A DNA stretch of 64,000 bases from an uncultured Clostridia bacterium (GTDB lineage Bacteria; Bacillota; Clostridia; JAAYHZ01), in NCBI GenBank assembly GCA_937894465.1, contig CALCRE010000299.1, positions 1,244 to 65,243 on the forward strand. The letters run 5' to 3'. The position numbers were made by a program, and so were the translations under genes. Below the pieces are notes generated by a model, which saw nothing but the letters and a program-made list of their open reading frames with translations, did not search any database and was not told where the DNA came from. Numbering within the stretch: the first letter of the stretch is position 1; each line of letters starts with the position of its first letter. Positions 60,974 to 64,000 of the stretch are shown here, in pieces.

Positions 60974-61628
60974 AAAGCACATCCTTTATTTAACGTTCGT
61001 TATAATAATAGCATGCTAAATTTCGATTGTCAATAGTTTTTATTAAAAAACTGGAGAAAAAATAAAATTTGTTATTTGTTACTATTCACAGCTTCTCCCT
61101 AAAAAAGCATGCAAAAGGTATACAAAAAGTACACTGTAAAAGAGCCGAAGTAACGCCAACCATCTGCGACTGGTATGCCGTACTCGCCGACAATTTTGCC
61201 ATATATCAGTTACTTACACGAATGACGATCTTCTCCTCGATATCACTTAAATAGCGTACATAATAGGACAGCGACATTGTATCGTCTTGAAGTCTTTTAA
61301 AAAATATTTGCAAAATTGAATGCGCTGTCCTAAAAACGTTTGTTCGGCTTGGCTTCTGCAAGTCTGTCCAGCATCTGCGCTATTTTGTATTCGTTTATAT
61401 GCTCAGGTTTTATACCTTCCCCAAATAGATATTCTATATCTATTCCCACATAAAGTTCACTCATTCTGCTCAATGGAGAACGTTATTTAGCTTTTTCATT
61501 ATTTTGCTAAGTTTTTGGTATAAAGGTCTTAAGAATTGTCAATAACAAAATTAATAGTGAGAAATATTCTCACATACTATTCACATACTAAATTTACATG
61601 TGTATAATGGTAGCAGGAGGTGAGAAAT

Positions 61629-62867
61629 ATGCTCATTCAATTCAATTTCAAAAATTATAAATCGTTTAAAGACCAAGTCAGTCTAGATATGACGGCAACA
61701 TCTATTCAGGAACACCCATATAATTTGTTGGAGAACACAAAAGGAGAGAAATACTTAAAAGTTGCTGCAATATATGGTGCTAATGCAAGCGGCAAGTCAA
61801 ATCTGATTGATGCATTCTACTTTATGAGGTTTTTTGTACTAAATTCCTTAGCTAAGTCGAACGAAGACAGTAATATTCCAGTGAAACCATTTCTGTTTGA
61901 CAAATTCAGTAGAAATGACAAGTCAGAATTTGAAGTATTTTTTACATTTAAAGATAAAGAATACCAATACGGATTTACCGTAGATCAAAAAAAAGTTTAT
62001 GAAGAGTGGCTGTACAAGCGTGATTTCAGAGGGAAGAATAACTACAAGACCTTGTTCGAAAGATCGGCTGCATCGATAAGGTGCGACAACTCTTTCAAGG
62101 AAGCGAAAATATATACCCCGGGTGTAAATGACAAAACACTATTTTTATCATTGCTTTCAACGCTTAATATTAGAGAAGCAAAAGATATTTACGATTGGTT
62201 TTATAATGCCCTAGTACTTGACTATGGAGATGCATTAATAGAGAGTTATATTTCCAGGTTATTGCCTGCTGAGAAAATAAACGATGAAGCATACCTAAAT
62301 GATTTCCAAGAATTTTTAAAAAATATTGATATTAATATCGATGGGATTAGAATAGAGAAGGCTAAAAAGGCAGCAGACACAAACGAGAAAGAAGTATATA
62401 GAGTTTATTCAAGGCACAAAATGCAGGACGGGAGTGAGGTTGAAATCCCCTTCTCAGAAGAATCGGGTGGCACTCAAAAAATGTTCTGCGTATACTCTTT
62501 TTTGATGCGTTGTCTCCAAAACGGGTCGACTTTATTTATAGATGAATTAGACGCTAAATTGCACCCGTTGTTATTAAGATACATTATAAGCACCTATCAT
62601 AATCCGAAAATCAATACGAAAGGTGCCCAATTAATTTATTCAGCACATGACAGTTATACTTTGAGTAGAGAAACATTTAGAAGAGATCAAATTTGGTTCA
62701 CAGATAAAAATTCTGACGGTGTTTCTACTCTTTATTCACTTGCAGAATACAAACTTGACAATGATAAGAAGGTTAGAAACGACGCTACTTATTACAAAGA
62801 TTACTTATCAGGAAGGTATGGGGCTATTCCTGTATTTAGAGAGTTTAGTGTAAGGGAGGATGAATAA
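61629..62867 (+). CDS. AAA_21/AAA_15-type ATPase, AbiLi/RloA-like
   Basis: MLIQFNFKNYKSF; Walker A IYGANASGKSN; LFIDELDAKLHP; homologue of 6081..7412. Confidence 0.75.
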   Translation: MLIQFNFKNYKSFKDQVSLDMTATSIQEHPYNLLENTKGEKYLKVAAIYGANASGKSNLIDAFYFMRFFVLNSLAKSNEDSNIPVKPFLFDKFSRNDKSEFEVFFTFKDKEYQYGFTVDQKKVYEEWLYKRDFRGKNNYKTLFERSAASIRCDNSFKEAKIYTPGVNDKTLFLSLLSTLNIREAKDIYDWFYNALVLDYGDALIESYISRLLPAEKINDEAYLNDFQEFLKNIDINIDGIRIEKAKKAADTNEKEVYRVYSRHKMQDGSEVEIPFSEESGGTQKMFCVYSFLMRCLQNGSTLFIDELDAKLHPLLLRYIISTYHNPKINTKGAQLIYSAHDSYTLSRETFRRDQIWFTDKNSDGVSTLYSLAEYKLDNDKKVRNDATYYKDYLSGRYGAIPVFREFSVREDE

Positions 62868-63553
62868 TGGGTTCAGATGATCTTTTCAAAAAAAGAAAAG
62901 GGCAAAAGAAAGCTAGAAGAGAGAGGACTAAGCTTCAAGCACCTAATCGTTATTTAATTGTCTGCGAAGGCGGAGAAACTGAACCAAATTATCTTGAAGG
63001 AATAAAACGAAAAATAAAAAATGTATATCGAGATAGAATCGATATAAAAAACATGATAGACATTGACATACAAGGGACGGTCGAAACACCGAAGATTTGG
63101 TAAACTACGCTATTAAAATAAATGCCTTAGCGGCAAATCGCTACGGTAATGTATGGGTTGTTTTTGATAAAGATGATTTTAGTGACGATCAATTCAACAA
63201 TGCCATATCCCTAGCTGAACGAAACGGAATTCATACAGCATGGTCCAATGAATCCATAGAACTATGGTTCTTACTTCATTTTAATTACCTTAGTTGGAGC
63301 TATACATAGAAATGATTATTATCAGAAATTAGATAAAATATTTGAAACAAGAAACATTAACGGGGGTAAATATGAAAAAAATATAGAAAACATATTTGAT
63401 ATTTTATCAACTGGTGAAGGTTTGTCCTTAGCAATTAAAAACAGTAAAAAGCTAAGAGGAACCTATGCATGCAATTTGCCACCGTCAAAAATGAACCCAT
63501 GTACAACAGTGGATATGTTGGTGGAGGAATTACTGGAATATTTAGACGGATGA
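62867..63553 (+). pseudogene. RloB-like (AbiLii-like) gene with two frameshifts
   Basis: YLIVCEGGETEPNY; one base missing in ..TVETP(E)DLVNYAIKI..; VWVVFDKDDF...WSNESIELWFLLHF; a further frame change before ...HRNDYYQKLDKIF...LEYLDG*. Confidence 0.6.
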
Positions 63554-63739
63554 ATAACGTGAACCATCGGTAGAAAACATTTTTGATTTACGTAAATACT
63601 GCATTAATTCAAGAGAGAAAATAAAATAGCCGTTAACAGTCTCAAAAATCTTGTTCTTGTTAACGGCTTTGATACCCTTATATCATTGTTATCTATATAT
63701 CTGTAATAATTTTATTAATTGCTTCACCGATCAATTCGT

Positions 63740-64000
63740 CTTATGCCATGAACTGTGCCAAGTCATCCTCAGGGTCGGAGATGGTGTTGATGCCGAAGAC
63801 GTCTACTAGAACTTTGGCTACATCCGGAGATAAGAATGCCGGTAATGTAGGTCCAAGCTTAATGTTCTTGACACCTAAATACAATAATGCAAGAAGAACG
63901 ATAACGGCTTTTTGTTCATACCAAGCAATGTTGTAAGCGATGGGTAAATCATTGACATCGTTAACTCCAAAGATTTCCTTCAGCTTTAAAGCAATTAAGG
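63740..64000 (-). CDS. hcp: hybrid-cluster protein (hydroxylamine reductase) C-terminal end; gene continues beyond the window
   Basis: Minus-strand translation ...[47 protein letters not shown]...* is a typical Hcp C-terminus. Confidence 0.6.

Overview
AT-rich Firmicutes (Clostridia/Bacilli-like) chromosomal segment. The core is a large minus-strand flagellar regulon at about 11.4-15.1 kb and 23.0-42.7 kb: fliS-fliD-flagellin, then csrA-fliW-yviE-flgL-flgK-flgN-flgM, two rod genes, fliA (sigma-28), flhA, flhB, fliRQP, fliO, fliY, fliM, fliL, motBA, flbD, flgE, flgD, fliK and fliJ. It has two anomalies. First, an ~8 kb accessory/defence island sits between flagellin and csrA. It holds a Phd-like protein, an HAD 5'-nucleotidase-like gene, a frameshifted AAA ATPase + DUF4276-like pair, an intact AbiEi/AbiEii pair, a TrmO fragment and DUF2935. 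Second, the operon stops abruptly at fliJ. Only a ~38-codon fliI 3' remnant is left, fused antisense to a 5'-truncated methyltransferase gene; flgB through fliI, flhF and flhG are absent from the window. Upstream (5-10 kb) lies a second defence cluster: an AbiL-like AAA ATPase with an amber-interrupted RloB-like partner, and an HTH-DarT-DarG operon. A third AbiL-like ATPase + frameshifted RloB-like pair sits at 61.6-63.6 kb. The remaining genes are ordinary accessory/regulatory ones: a two-component system, alpha/beta hydrolases, methyltransferases, a BY-kinase, AraC/GyrI, XRE, a CheA-like kinase without a P5 domain, SecA2-like, CPBP protease, GNAT, TetR x2, LacI, a GC-rich ECF sigma/anti-sigma pair, an ECF-transporter S component, OsmC, a frameshifted ATC-hydrolase-like gene and a partial hcp. 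Noncoding observations include a tandem ~100-nt hairpin-containing repeat (46.78-47.04 kb) and a 36-bp direct repeat flanking an 11.3 kb segment (47.15/58.44 kb). All coordinates, family assignments and motif calls were made by eye from the translations; no searches were run. Many pseudogene calls lie at homopolymer tracts and could equally be sequencing errors.
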